Positions 17,850-29,601 of a stretch of 64,000 nucleotides of DNA are shown in pieces (position 1 is the stretch's first letter; each line of letters starts with the position of its first letter). The notes beneath the pieces are model-generated. The model was not told where the DNA came from, did not search any database, and saw only the letters and a program-made list of their open reading frames with translations. The translations under genes were made by a program, and so were the position numbers. This DNA is from Candidatus Limnocylindrales bacterium (GTDB lineage: Bacteria; Chloroflexota; Limnocylindria; Limnocylindrales; CSP1-4). The DNA is taken from NCBI GenBank assembly GCA_038319665.1, contig JBBQDL010000003.1:11129-75128 (forward strand), in the 5' to 3' direction.

Positions 17850-20566
17850 TGCGGCGGCGGCGTGGGCTTGGGATGGTGGAAGAACCCGCCCGTGGACGTC
17901 GGTGTCGGCGACGGGGCCGGGACGCAGGTCGGCGCGGGCAGCGCTGGATCGGGCGTCGGCGCGAATGGATCGCAGAAGGTCGGCGGCGTATAGAGCGGAC
18001 AGAGCTGCGTCGGCGCGAACGGAGCGCCCCAGGTGTGCCCGAACGGCGCGAACCCCGAGGTATAGAAGTACGAAGTGCGCGTCCCCTTCGGCCCACCGCG
18101 CACGCCGGGGCCCTTGGCGGCCCGCGCGCCCCAGGCGGCGTTTGCCCTCTGCCAGGCCGGGAAGTTGGACTCGACCTCGGTGAGATCGAAGAACCCGCGG
18201 GTGACCTTCGGTCCGGCGCAGCCGTCTTGCCACAGCAGCCCCGACGCGGAATCGATCGCCTTGCCGACCCGGGCCGTCTGTTTCTGCGTCGGGACCGTCC
18301 CCGGCAGGAAGAGCTCCCGGATCGTCTTGTGGGTGTAGGGGCCGGGATTCAGTCCCGTGTAGGCGTCGACGGTCGCGCTGACGACACCGGAGGGTAGCTT
18401 GAACTGGGCGATCTTCTCGCCTTTGCTGACCTCGGTCAGGATCGCCGACCAAAGGGGCGCCGAGGTGTCGAGCGAGAGCTTGCCGTCGTTGGGACTGTTG
18501 TCGCTGTTGCCCATCCAGACGCCGACCGCCAGCGCCGGGGCGGCCTTATCAGCTGGCGGCGCCACGAAGCCGTAGGCGGCCACGTCGCGGTTGTCGCTCG
18601 TCGTGCCAGTCTTGTACGCCGCGGGTCGGCGGTTCCTGCCGTCGAAGATCGCCCATTTGCCCCAGAACGGGTTGACCTTGACCTGGGTATTGCCGGCGAG
18701 GATGTCGGTCATGATGTAAGCCGCGCCCGGGCTCGTGACCTGGTTCCCGTTCGGGGTAGCCTTGGTGGGCGGCCAGTTGGTGGTGCCGTTCGAATTCAGG
18801 ATCGTCCCGATGAACTGGCGCGGCATCCGAACCCCGCCGTTGGCGATCGTGCCGTAGGCGCCGAGCAAGTCGATCGGGTGGACCTCGAGCGTCCCGATCC
18901 CTTCCGAGAGGACCGGCACCACGCCCGTCGGATAGCTCAGCCCGAAGTCCTTGGTCCGCGCGTAGACGTGGTCGAGGCCACTCATGATCGTCGCCTTGAT
19001 GGCCGGGATGTTGAGCGAGAACTGGAGCGCCTCGCGGACGCGGACGGGACCACGCTCGAGCTTGTCCGCCTGGGTCGGCGTGAAGCCGCCACCGAAGTTG
19101 GTCGTGACGTCCATCAGCATCGTCGAGGCGGTCAGCGTCTTGTCCTGGATGCCGATCAGGTAGTCGACCGGCTTGATCGCCGAGCCGGGCTGCCGCCAGC
19201 CGTCGGCCAGGACGTCGAACTGGGGCTGGAATCGCTTGTTGCCCTTCGAGGTGTAGCTCGCCGAACCGACATAGGCGAGGATCTGCCCGGTGCGGTAGTC
19301 CTCCACCGCGGCCGCCGCGTTGTTGATGTTGTGGCCCCGCAGGGCGAGGATCCATGACCGGGCGGACCGCGGGATCTTGCGGCTGGCGAGGATGGCCGAC
19401 GGATCCTTCGAGTTGGGTGCGCGGGCGGCGACGTAGACCCACTTCTCGGCGGCCTTCTGCATCGTGTAATCGAGCGTGGTGATGACCTTGTAGCCGGCGG
19501 TGTCGACCTTGGGGCAGTCAGTCGGGGTGTCCGGGCAGAACATCTGGCCGAGCTCGCGACGGACCTGCCAGACGAACTGCGGCGCCTTCCAGGCGGTCGA
19601 GACCTGCTGGACCAGGACGACCGGTTCGGACTTGGCCGCCTCGTATTCAGCCTTGGTGTGCTTGTTGCCGGTCAGCGGACTGCGCGTCTCCATGAGGTCG
19701 AGCACCCTGTTCCGGCGCTGGACGACCTCCGAGTCCTGCGGGACCACGAGCTGGAACCTGGTGCACTCCTGGCCTTCGGCGACGTTGTCAAGGCAGATCT
19801 CGTTGGCGTTGCGGATCAGGTCGTAGGCGGTCGGTGACTGCGGGATGGCCGCCAGGATCGCATCCTGGGCCAGGGTCAGCTGGTCGAGTGTCTTGCCGAA
19901 GTACCCCTTGGCCGCCGCCTTGACGCCATAGCTCTGGTTTCCGTAGAAGTTCTGGTTGAGGTAGGCGGTGATGATCTGCTGCTTGCCGACCTCGCCCGGA
20001 TAGGCCTGCGTGAGGCGGATCGACTGGATGATCTCGCGGACCTTGCGCTCGTAGAGGGAGCCGTCGAAGGCCGAGGTCGGGAGGAGTCGCGCGCGGACCA
20101 GTTGCTGGGTGATGGTCGAGGCACCGCGCGGACGACCCGAGACGGTGTCGAGACCGGCCGACACGATGCCAAGCGGGTCGAAACCCGCGTTGATCCAGAA
20201 GTCCTTGTCCTCGATCGCGGTGGTCGCGTCGATGATCTCGCCCGGCAGTTGGTCGAAGGTGACCACTTCGCGCTTCAGGTCACCCAGGCGCGCCAATTCG
20301 ATCTTGCCGGTCCGGTCGTAGATGACCGTCTGCTGCTCGAACGGGATGTTCGTCAGGGCCGCGACCGGCTCGGGGAGGCCGGCTGAGTAGTAGTTGTACG
20401 CGCCCACGGCGAATACGACACCACCGGCAGCGACGAGGCCGCCGGTGAGGAGGATCACCATGAGGACGACGATGACGATCCGACCGATGATGGATCCGCC
20501 GCGTCCTCGCGGGCGACGCTGGAGCGCTCGACGGTGGCGCTGGCGCCGCGCGAGAGTGGTCTGCAT
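17846..20566 (-). CDS. Class A penicillin-binding protein (PBP1A-type transglycosylase/transpeptidase)
   Basis: N-terminal TM helix, AIEDKDF, GASTITQQL, RKVREI, YLNQNFYG, RQPGSAIKP (SxxK), SLNIPA, YKTGT. Confidence 0.93.
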   Translation of the reverse strand: MQTTLARRQRHRRALQRRPRGRGGSIIGRIVIVVLMVILLTGGLVAAGGVVFAVGAYNYYSAGLPEPVAALTNIPFEQQTVIYDRTGKIELARLGDLKREVVTFDQLPGEIIDATTAIEDKDFWINAGFDPLGIVSAGLDTVSGRPRGASTITQQLVRARLLPTSAFDGSLYERKVREIIQSIRLTQAYPGEVGKQQIITAYLNQNFYGNQSYGVKAAAKGYFGKTLDQLTLAQDAILAAIPQSPTAYDLIRNANEICLDNVAEGQECTRFQLVVPQDSEVVQRRNRVLDLMETRSPLTGNKHTKAEYEAAKSEPVVLVQQVSTAWKAPQFVWQVRRELGQMFCPDTPTDCPKVDTAGYKVITTLDYTMQKAAEKWVYVAARAPNSKDPSAILASRKIPRSARSWILALRGHNINNAAAAVEDYRTGQILAYVGSASYTSKGNKRFQPQFDVLADGWRQPGSAIKPVDYLIGIQDKTLTASTMLMDVTTNFGGGFTPTQADKLERGPVRVREALQFSLNIPAIKATIMSGLDHVYARTKDFGLSYPTGVVPVLSEGIGTLEVHPIDLLGAYGTIANGGVRMPRQFIGTILNSNGTTNWPPTKATPNGNQVTSPGAAYIMTDILAGNTQVKVNPFWGKWAIFDGRNRRPAAYKTGTTSDNRDVAAYGFVAPPADKAAPALAVGVWMGNSDNSPNDGKLSLDTSAPLWSAILTEVSKGEKIAQFKLPSGVVSATVDAYTGLNPGPYTHKTIRELFLPGTVPTQKQTARVGKAIDSASGLLWQDGCAGPKVTRGFFDLTEVESNFPAWQRANAAWGARAAKGPGVRGGPKGTRTSYFYTSGFAPFGHTWGAPFAPTQLCPLYTPPTFCDPFAPTPDPALPAPTCVPAPSPTPTSTGGFFHHPKPTPPPH

Positions 20567-20649
20567 GAGTGGCCGCACGATAGCATAGGGGGCGTGAACG
20601 AACGGATGGCCGCCTCCCGAAAGGTCGAGACGGCTCGACGCCCGACCCT

Positions 20650-21936
<1,287 letters not shown>

Positions 21937-21942
21937 GCGGGC

Positions 21943-23124
21943 TTAGACGGATCTGGGCGCGTCGGAGGCCCGGGTCCCGCCGGCCTCAGCCTCGAGCTCG
22001 CTGGCGGCGGCGATCAGCCGGTCGTTCTCGTCCGGGTCGCGGACGGTCAGGCGGAGGTGGTCGGCGAGCGGGTGGCCCGCTCCGAACGTGCGGGGCACGA
22101 GCCCGCGTGACAGCAGCCTCTCGGCGACGGCCGCCGCACGAGCGGCGCTCCCGAAGTCGACCAGCAGGAAGTTCGTCACCGACGGCCCGACCGACCAGCC
22201 GATCGAGCGCAGGGCGTCGCCGAGGCGGGCCCGTTCGCGCTCGACGCGGTCGAGGTTGGCCTCGAGGATGGTCGGCTCGAGGAGGGCCTCGGTGACGAGC
22301 GTGATCGAGATCGTCGAGACCGAACCTGGCGGTCGGAATGGGTTGAGTCGGGCGATCATCTCGGGACGGGCGACCCCGAACCCGACGCGTAGACCGGCCA
22401 GGGCGTAGGCCTTGCTCGCGGTCCGGACGACGATGAGGTTCGGGTACGCCTCCCGCAGACCGAGCAGCGACGAACCGACGAACTCCGCGTAGGCCTCGTC
22501 GAGGACGACGATCGGTGCCGGACGCCCGGCCGTCGCGGCGTCGTCTGTCAAGCCGGCGAGTAACGCCTTGATCGCACCGTCGGGCTCGGGCAGCGCGGTC
22601 GGGTTGTTCGGGCTGCACAGCCAGAGCAACGCCGCGTCGTGCTCGACCACCGCTGCCCGGGTCGCCACGGGATCGAGCGCCCAGCCATCCGCCGCGCCGA
22701 GCCGCGGGACCGCCACGACCGAGGCGCCGCGCTGCTCGGTCAGGACCCGGTACATGGCGTACGTCGGCGTCGGCACGACCGCGTGACCGCCGGCCGGGAT
22801 GAACACCTTGGCCGCGATATCGAGGATCTCGTCGGCGCCGGCGCCCACCAGGATCTCGGCGGTTGTCACGCCATACCGGGTCGCCGCGGCCTCGACGAGC
22901 CGTCTGTAGTCGGTGGGTGGGTATTCGGACAGCGGCGCTTCGAATCGCCCGGCCACGAGCAGCTGACCGGCCAGCGCGGGCGGGGTCGGGGAGGTGTTGA
23001 GGTCGAAGCGAACGATCGTCGCCGGGTCGAGGCCGTAACGCGCCGCGACCTCCTCGTCGGTCGCCTCCCAGCTGTACGAGGCCGCCGCGTCAGGCGAGGT
23101 GAAGGTCACCGGTGTCGGGCTCAT
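21943..23124 (-). CDS. hisC: Histidinol-phosphate aminotransferase
   Basis: GAGADE, PTPTYAMY, LCSPNNPT, LDEAYAEF, RTASKAYALAGLRVG (PLP lysine). Confidence 0.88.
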   Translation of the reverse strand: MSPTPVTFTSPDAAASYSWEATDEEVAARYGLDPATIVRFDLNTSPTPPALAGQLLVAGRFEAPLSEYPPTDYRRLVEAAATRYGVTTAEILVGAGADEILDIAAKVFIPAGGHAVVPTPTYAMYRVLTEQRGASVVAVPRLGAADGWALDPVATRAAVVEHDAALLWLCSPNNPTALPEPDGAIKALLAGLTDDAATAGRPAPIVVLDEAYAEFVGSSLLGLREAYPNLIVVRTASKAYALAGLRVGFGVARPEMIARLNPFRPPGSVSTISITLVTEALLEPTILEANLDRVERERARLGDALRSIGWSVGPSVTNFLLVDFGSAARAAAVAERLLSRGLVPRTFGAGHPLADHLRLTVRDPDENDRLIAAASELEAEAGGTRASDAPRSV

Positions 23125-23414
23125 CGGGGAGCGTCGCCCTTGTCGAGGATCGCCCGATACCCACCCTCGCCGTGGTTGAGCCACGATGCGATCCGGGTGA
23201 TGGTGGCCGTGCTGGCACCGGTGGAGCGCGAGATCTCCGCGTAGTGCATGCCGCTGTCGAGCATCCTGACGACCGCCCAGCGCTGGGCGAGATCGTGCAA
23301 CTCGTTCAGGGTGCACAGGTCACGGAAGAACCGAGACGTCTCGTCGAGCGTCTCGAGGCGCATGATCGCGCCGAACAGCGCATCGACATCAGGCGTCTTC
23401 CAGTCGTCGGCCAT
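23121..23414 (-). CDS. YerC/YecD (TrpR-related) transcriptional regulator
   Basis: FFRDLCTLNELHDLAQRWAVVRML, TGASTATITRIASWLNHGEGGY; ATGA-coupled to hisC. Confidence 0.9.
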   Translation of the reverse strand: MADDWKTPDVDALFGAIMRLETLDETSRFFRDLCTLNELHDLAQRWAVVRMLDSGMHYAEISRSTGASTATITRIASWLNHGEGGYRAILDKGDAPR

Positions 23415-23520
23415 TCCGTCGCCACCTCGTGCCCGCGCGCGGCCCCGCCTTCGTGGCGTTTCAGCGTGCTACTACGATAACGGGCCTCGCGGCCTCCGAC
23501 GAGACTTGCCCGTGCTCACG

Positions 23521-25011
23521 TCAGGGCAACGAGACGAGGCAGACCCGCGTCGCGTCTCGGCCCCAGGTCGTGCACCACCGCTCCTGTCGGGCAGCCCACG
23601 CGGCAAGGTGCTGGCTGGTGATCGGCGGCGGCGCGCCCGCCTCGACGACGAACCACCGGACGCCTGCCGCGTACAGGTCGCCCTGGTTCAGCGGGGTGGC
23701 GCCGATAGTGAACGTCGTCGTCACCGGCAGTCGCATCGCGAAGAGCGGTGCGTAGCCGCCGGCGAGATGCGCACCGGCCGGCACGATCGCCTCGACCGCG
23801 GCCTGACCGTCGACCTCGGTCCGGCCGGTCGAGCTGACCCAGCCGGCGTCGGCGACCAGGCCGGGGATCGCCAGGAGACCGACGATGGCGGCCATCGCCA
23901 CGCCTCGGAGCGCCCCCGGCTGCCCGAGGGTGCGCCGGTCGATCACGGAGACGGCTGACCCGACGATCAGGGCGAGACCGGGCAAGAGCGGGACCACGTA
24001 CCGATTGGGCTGGTACCCGAACGACGCGACGCCGATGAGCCCGACGACCACCCACGATCCGCCGATAAGTGCTAGTCGGGTCGGCGCCGAACTCGTACCG
24101 GTCAGCCGAGAGCCTCCCCGGAGTCCATCCCAGACCACGATGATCGATCCGACCACGGCGGCCGTCAGGATCGGCCATGTCAGCGCGACGAGGCCGTCGT
24201 TCGCGGTCACGAATCGCCTCACGTCCGCGAGCCAACCGCCGGGCGAGATCGGGATGGAGTCGATCGGTGACGCCGCGATCGTTTCGCGGAGGACCTCGAT
24301 GTTGGGGATCGCGACGACCAGCACCCAGGCGATGACCCCGACCGCGACGATGCCGAGCACGATGCCGATGAACCCGCGAAGCCGCGGTATCCGAACGGCG
24401 AGGGACCCGACGGCGCCCAGGATCCCGACCATGCTCGCCAGCGCGTTCGCCTTGAGCAGCAGGGCGACCCCGAAGGCGACCCCGCAGACGACCGCCCAGC
24501 GGCGCACTGATACGGCCTCGGTGGCCCGGATCGCCGCGACAGCCGCCAGGCACAGGGCGAGACTGACGACCGGCTCGAGTAGCGCGAGCCGGCCGTAGTA
24601 CAGGGTCAGCGTGGACAACGTGACGGCCACCGCGGCAGCGAGCGCCCCCGGCACGCCGAGCGGGCGGCGAAGGCCGATCAGCAGGATCGCCGCCATGGCC
24701 ACGGTCGCGGCCACCGAGATGAGCCGAGCCTGGACCAGCCCGACGCCCCCGATCGAAAAGACGACCGCCTGGAAGATACTCAGCGGAAGCTGTTCCAGGT
24801 GGAGGGCGAACGCATCCGTCGTCCACGACCCGAGCAGCACCAGGTTCCGCGCGTTGAGGGCACGCCACGCCTCGTCGGTGTAGGGCGAGTTCGAGAACGT
24901 GATGCCGCGGGCAGGGTCGTGGTCGATGGCGACGAGCAGTGCCACTGCGACCAGGAGCGGGAATCCGACGAGCGCGAGGCGCTCGAGCGGTGCCACGGGC
25001 CGATGGTTCAC
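23521..25011 (-). CDS. ArnT/PMT-like (GT39-type) multi-pass membrane glycosyltransferase
   Basis: YTDEAW, RLISV, ALLEP, LLKAN, QPNRY motifs with many TM helices. Confidence 0.72.
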   Translation of the reverse strand: MNHRPVAPLERLALVGFPLLVAVALLVAIDHDPARGITFSNSPYTDEAWRALNARNLVLLGSWTTDAFALHLEQLPLSIFQAVVFSIGGVGLVQARLISVAATVAMAAILLIGLRRPLGVPGALAAAVAVTLSTLTLYYGRLALLEPVVSLALCLAAVAAIRATEAVSVRRWAVVCGVAFGVALLLKANALASMVGILGAVGSLAVRIPRLRGFIGIVLGIVAVGVIAWVLVVAIPNIEVLRETIAASPIDSIPISPGGWLADVRRFVTANDGLVALTWPILTAAVVGSIIVVWDGLRGGSRLTGTSSAPTRLALIGGSWVVVGLIGVASFGYQPNRYVVPLLPGLALIVGSAVSVIDRRTLGQPGALRGVAMAAIVGLLAIPGLVADAGWVSSTGRTEVDGQAAVEAIVPAGAHLAGGYAPLFAMRLPVTTTFTIGATPLNQGDLYAAGVRWFVVEAGAPPPITSQHLAAWAARQERWCTTWGRDATRVCLVSLP

Positions 25012-25017
25012 GCCGGC

Positions 25018-27111
25018 TCAGTGGCCCGCGCTGTGCCCCCCGGCCGCCTCGACTTCCTTACGGTGCGCGTCCATCACCTTCTCGGCGATGTGGCCGGGGA
25101 CATCGTCGTAATGATCGAGTGTGGCGCGGAACGATCCGCGCCCTTGTGCGAGCGAGCGGAGCTCCGTGGCGTAGTTGAACAGCTCGGCCTGAGGGACGTG
25201 GGCGATGATCACCTGCAGGTCGCCATCGGTGTCCATCCCGAGGACGCGGCCGCGGCGGCCGTTGAGGTCGCGGTTGACCTCGCCCATGTACGCGTCGGGG
25301 ACCCGGATCTCGACCGCCATGATCGGCTCGAGCAGTGCCGGCTTGGCGTTGTGGACGCCGTCCTTGAGCGCCATCGAGGCTGCGATCTTGAACGACAGCT
25401 CGTTCGAGTCGACCGGATGGAACGAGCCGTCATACAGGGTCGCCCGGAAATCGGAGAGCGGGAAGCCGGCGATCACGCCGCCCTCGGCGGCCTCGCGGAT
25501 GCCCTTCTCGACACCCGCGAAGAAACCTTTCGGGACCGCGCCACCGACCACCCGCTCGGCGAATTCGACGCCGCCATCGGGGTTGGGCTCGAGCTCGAGC
25601 CACACGTCACCGAACATGCCGTGGCCGCCGGTCTGCTTCTTGTAGCGGCCGTGGACCTGGGTCTTGCCCCGGATCGTCTCCTTGTAGGGGACCTTGGGCG
25701 TGTGGGTCACGATGGCGGCCCCGAACTTGCGCTTGAGCCGTTCGATGATGACCGCATTGTGGGCCTCGCCCATCGTCCGTAGCACCTGCTCGCCCGTCGC
25801 GCTCCGCTCGAGCCGGACCGTCGGTTCCTCCTCGAGCATCCGGGCCAGCGCCGGGCCCATCTTGTCGAGGTCGCCCTTGGTCTGCGGTTCGATGGCCACC
25901 ATCAGGGATGGCTCGGGGAATTCGAGCGACCCGAGGACGAGTGGCTTCTCGCGTGCCGAGAGCGTGTCGCCGGTCTCGGTCACGGCGAGCTTCGCGACCG
26001 CGCCGATCTCGCCCGCCTTGAGTTCGCCGATCGGCTCCTGCTCCTTGCCATGGAGGAGCAGCAACTGGCCGATCCGCTCGTCCTCGTCGCGGCTGCTGTT
26101 CCACACGTGCGCCTGCGAACGGAGCGTCCCGGACAGGACGCGCAGGTACGTGAGCCGGCCGACGAACGGGTCGGCGGTCGTCTTGAAGACCCTCACGAGG
26201 AGCGGACCGGCCTCGTCGGCGGGGATCTCCGTCTCGCCCGACTTGGCAGATGCCTTCGTGGGCGCCTCGTCGGCCGGGGAGGGGAGGTAGCGCACGATCG
26301 CGTCGAGCAGGCCGCGCAGGCCGATCCCCTTGACCGCGCTGCCGACGAGGACGGGGGCAAGGATCGACTCCTTGACCCCCTTTCGCAGGCACGCCTCGAG
26401 CTCCGGGTCGGAGATCTCCTCGCCCTCGAGGTACTTGGTCAGGACATCGTCGTCGGCCTCGGCGGCCGCCTCGAGCAGCTGTTCGCGGCGGCGGGCGACC
26501 TCGCCCGCCAGGCCCTCCGGGATCGGGATCTCGACCTCGGACGCGCCGTCGAGGCGCCACGCCCGGCGGTGGACGAGATCCACGTAGCCCTCGAACGACT
26601 CGGCGGCCCCGATGGCGATCTGGAGCGGGGCGATCTTGTCGCCGAAGCTCGCCCGGAGTGCGTCGAGCGCCGCGTTCGGGTCGGCGTTCTCCCGATCGCT
26701 CTTGTTGATGAAGAAGCAGGCCGCGGTCCCGGTCGCACGTGCGAGCGCGACCGCCTGCTCGAGCCCCGCCTCGACGCCGCCCGAGGCGTCCATCACGAAG
26801 ATCGCGCCGTCCGTGGCGGCGAAGCCCTCGATGACATCGGCGACGAAGTCGGGGTACCCCGGCGTGTCGACCAGCGAGATCCGCGTGCCGTCCGATTCGA
26901 ACGTGCCGACCGCCAGACTCAGTGACTCCCGGCGCTTCTGCTCCTCGGGCTCGAAGTCGAGATGCGCCGTCCCGTCGTCGACGCGCCCGAGCCGCGAGAT
27001 CGCCCCGGCCCGGAACAGCATCTGCTCCGCGAGCGTCGTCTTGCCTGACCCGGCGTGTCCGGCCAGGACGACGCTACGAAGGTGGGGGAGGTCGACGCTC
27101 TTCATCGTCAT
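25018..27111 (-). CDS. fusA: Elongation factor G paralogue (EF-G2/FusA2-like)
   Basis: GHAGSGKTTLAE, DTPGYPDF, FFINKSD, GEAH, YKETI, KKQTGGHGMFG, DGSFHPVDS, ELRSLAQGRG; outside the str operon. Confidence 0.9.
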   Translation of the reverse strand: MTMKSVDLPHLRSVVLAGHAGSGKTTLAEQMLFRAGAISRLGRVDDGTAHLDFEPEEQKRRESLSLAVGTFESDGTRISLVDTPGYPDFVADVIEGFAATDGAIFVMDASGGVEAGLEQAVALARATGTAACFFINKSDRENADPNAALDALRASFGDKIAPLQIAIGAAESFEGYVDLVHRRAWRLDGASEVEIPIPEGLAGEVARRREQLLEAAAEADDDVLTKYLEGEEISDPELEACLRKGVKESILAPVLVGSAVKGIGLRGLLDAIVRYLPSPADEAPTKASAKSGETEIPADEAGPLLVRVFKTTADPFVGRLTYLRVLSGTLRSQAHVWNSSRDEDERIGQLLLLHGKEQEPIGELKAGEIGAVAKLAVTETGDTLSAREKPLVLGSLEFPEPSLMVAIEPQTKGDLDKMGPALARMLEEEPTVRLERSATGEQVLRTMGEAHNAVIIERLKRKFGAAIVTHTPKVPYKETIRGKTQVHGRYKKQTGGHGMFGDVWLELEPNPDGGVEFAERVVGGAVPKGFFAGVEKGIREAAEGGVIAGFPLSDFRATLYDGSFHPVDSNELSFKIAASMALKDGVHNAKPALLEPIMAVEIRVPDAYMGEVNRDLNGRRGRVLGMDTDGDLQVIIAHVPQAELFNYATELRSLAQGRGSFRATLDHYDDVPGHIAEKVMDAHRKEVEAAGGHSAGH

Positions 27112-27209
27112 CGGTTTCGTCGGTCCTTCTTCTGCAACAGGGGAGAGGGGACGTCCGGGGCTTGGAGCGCGGGGTCCGGCCATGATAGTCCGCTATACTC
27201 CGGCCCGCG

Positions 27210-27962
27210 ATGTCCGGTCATAGCAAGTGGTCCACGATCAAGCGCGCGAAAGGCATCACTGACGCCAAGCGCGGCGCCCTGTTCACGAAGGTCGCCCGGG
27301 AGATCAGCGTGGCGGCGCGACAGGGCGGTGGCGACCCCGACGCCAACTACCGGCTACGACTCGCGATCGAAAAGGCGCGCTCGGTCAACATGCCGGCCGA
27401 CAACATCAAGCGGACCATCGACAAGGCGACCGGCGGCGGTGAGGCCGAGCAGTTCGAGGAGATCGTCTACGAGGGCTACGGGCCGGGCGGCGTGGCGGTC
27501 CTCGTCGAGGCCCAGACCGACAATCGCAACCGGACGGCGGCCGAAGTCCGCTCGATGTTCGCCAAGAGCGGCGGCCAGCTGGCCGGTTCCGGCGCCGTCG
27601 CCTGGCAGTTCGAACCGCGCGGCCTCATCGCCGTGCCGCGGCCGGGCGTCGATGCCGACGAGGTCGCACTGGCCGCGATCGATGCGGGCGCCGAGGATGT
27701 CGACACCGACGGCGACGAGACGATCGACATCTACACCTCGCCGACCGACCTAGAATCGGTGATCCAGGCGCTCGAGGCGGCCGGCATCCAGATCGAGTCG
27801 GCCGAGTCGGCGATGGTCGCCAAGCAGACCGTCGAGCTCGATTCGTCGAAAGCGCGGCAGGCGTTGCGCCTCGTCGAACTCCTCGAGGATCTCGACGACG
27901 TCCAGCGTGTGACCGCGAATTTCGATATCCCGGAAGACGTCTTCGCGGAGGTCGCCGGGTGA
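27210..27962 (+). CDS. yebC: YebC/PmpR family regulator
   Basis: [40 protein letters not shown]. Confidence 0.96.
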   Translation: MSGHSKWSTIKRAKGITDAKRGALFTKVAREISVAARQGGGDPDANYRLRLAIEKARSVNMPADNIKRTIDKATGGGEAEQFEEIVYEGYGPGGVAVLVEAQTDNRNRTAAEVRSMFAKSGGQLAGSGAVAWQFEPRGLIAVPRPGVDADEVALAAIDAGAEDVDTDGDETIDIYTSPTDLESVIQALEAAGIQIESAESAMVAKQTVELDSSKARQALRLVELLEDLDDVQRVTANFDIPEDVFAEVAG

Positions 27963-28561
27963 AGGTCCTCGGGATCGACCCGGGGACGGCCGCGATGGGC
28001 TACGGGATCGTCGAACGGATCGGCGGGCGCCTGCGCGAGGTCGATCACGGTTGCCTCGTCACCAGCCCCGATCTTTCGATGCCCGAGCGGCTGCTGGCCG
28101 TCCACTCGCTGGTCGACGAGCTGCTCGAACTCCACCAGCCCGACCTCATGGGCGTCGAACGGCTCTTCTTCTCGCGCAACGTCCAGACCGCGTTGGGGGT
28201 CGGGCAAGCGCGTGGCGTCATCCTCCTTGCCGCGGCCGAGCACGGGACGCCGGTCCGCGAGGCGACCCCGAACGAGGTCAAGAGCGCGATCGCGGGCTAC
28301 GGCGCGGCCGACAAGGAACAGGTCCAGCGGATGGTCCAGCTCGTCCTCGGGATGAGCGAGCGGCCACGGCCCGACGACGCGGCGGACGCCCTGGCGATCG
28401 CGGCCTGGGTCGCCAACACGGACCGCGGCGCGGCGCTTGCCACGGCCGGGGTCATGGACCGGGCCGCGGTCGCGCCGATCACGCGCGGCGAGACCGGCTA
28501 CGAGCGCGCGGTCCGCGAGGCCCTCGCCACAGACCGCGACGCCAAGCGCAGTGCGTCGTAG
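27959..28561 (+). CDS. ruvC: Crossover junction endodeoxyribonuclease RuvC
   Basis: [41 protein letters not shown]. Confidence 0.96.
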   Translation: MKVLGIDPGTAAMGYGIVERIGGRLREVDHGCLVTSPDLSMPERLLAVHSLVDELLELHQPDLMGVERLFFSRNVQTALGVGQARGVILLAAAEHGTPVREATPNEVKSAIAGYGAADKEQVQRMVQLVLGMSERPRPDDAADALAIAAWVANTDRGAALATAGVMDRAAVAPITRGETGYERAVREALATDRDAKRSAS

Positions 28562-28774
28562 CGGCCGCCCGGCCAGCCGTCAGGTGTCTGCCAGTCCCCA
28601 TTCCCGGGCCGAAACGGTCGTGGATCGACCATCGGAGCACTTTCAGGGCGTATTCGGGGGATGGCAGGAACCGATCACGAGCGAACGCAACCACCGGGGC
28701 GAGCCGGCTGTCCTGGACCATCTGGTGGGGCCTGACAGGCCCTATGCCAGGGTCTCGACCGGGCTTCGTCCCAG

Positions 28775-29371
28775 ATGATCGCGTCGGTCGAGGGGGCGGT
28801 GGGAGCGGTAGCCGCCGATTCGCTCGTCATCGAGGTCGGTGGGCTTGGCTATCGCGTCTTCGCGGCGCCCGCGGTCCTCGCCTCTGCGCAACCCGGGGGC
28901 CGGCTCAAGCTCCATACCTACCATCTCGTCCGCGAGGATCAGCAGGCACTGTACGGCTTCCGCTCCGCCGAGGAGCTGGGCTTCTTCAACCTGCTGCTGA
29001 CCGTGACGGGAGTCGGGCCCAAGGTCGCGCTCGCGATCGTCGGCAGCCGGCCGACGCCGGATCTCCAGCTCGCGATCATGGCCCAGGACCAGGCCGTTCT
29101 TGTGTCCATCCCGGGGATCGGCAAGAAGCTCGCCGAGCGGGTCATCTTCGAGCTCAAGGAGAAGGTCACCGCTGCCGGCGTCTCGGTCGCGGGGCCGACC
29201 ATCCCGGGTGTCGCCGCGAGCGAGGGCGAGATCGTGGCCGCGCTCCAGGCCCTTGGCTATTCGCTGGCCGAGGCCCGCGAGGCGTCCCGGGCGGCCCTCG
29301 CCGACGTCGGCGTGGAGAGCACCCTCGAGGAACGGGTCAAGGCCGCGCTTCGGAGCTTGCTCCGGGAATGA
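28775..29371 (+). CDS. ruvA: Holliday junction branch migration protein RuvA
   Basis: EVGGLGY, REDQQALYGF, VTGVGPKVAL, PGIGKKLAER, ALQALGYS. Confidence 0.96.
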   Translation: MIASVEGAVGAVAADSLVIEVGGLGYRVFAAPAVLASAQPGGRLKLHTYHLVREDQQALYGFRSAEELGFFNLLLTVTGVGPKVALAIVGSRPTPDLQLAIMAQDQAVLVSIPGIGKKLAERVIFELKEKVTAAGVSVAGPTIPGVAASEGEIVAALQALGYSLAEAREASRAALADVGVESTLEERVKAALRSLLRE

Positions 29372-29601
29372 GCTGGGGGGCCAGGTCGCAACGCCAGCTA
29401 CCCTGGCGCGGATCCGCCAGATACCCATCCCCTGACTTGTAGACCGCGTTTTTGCCAAGCTCTGGCGCTGTCGGGCGGATCTCCACGCTCAGGAATGGCG
29501 ATCAACCCGTCGAGGAACCGGTCATCGAGCCCTCGAGCCTGTCGAGCCGTCCACCGGCGGGTATCTGGTGAGAGACTGGACGACCCGATCATGTTCCCGG
29601 C

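Noticed and set aside
28479-28721. Minus-strand ORF between ruvC and ruvA
   Set aside because: No recognisable motif or SD, and it overlaps the ruvC 3' end
29417-29568. 10-bp inverted repeat CCAGATACCC/GGGTATCTGG as a MITE
   Set aside because: The match does not extend, there is no target-site duplication and no second copy, so it is compatible with chance
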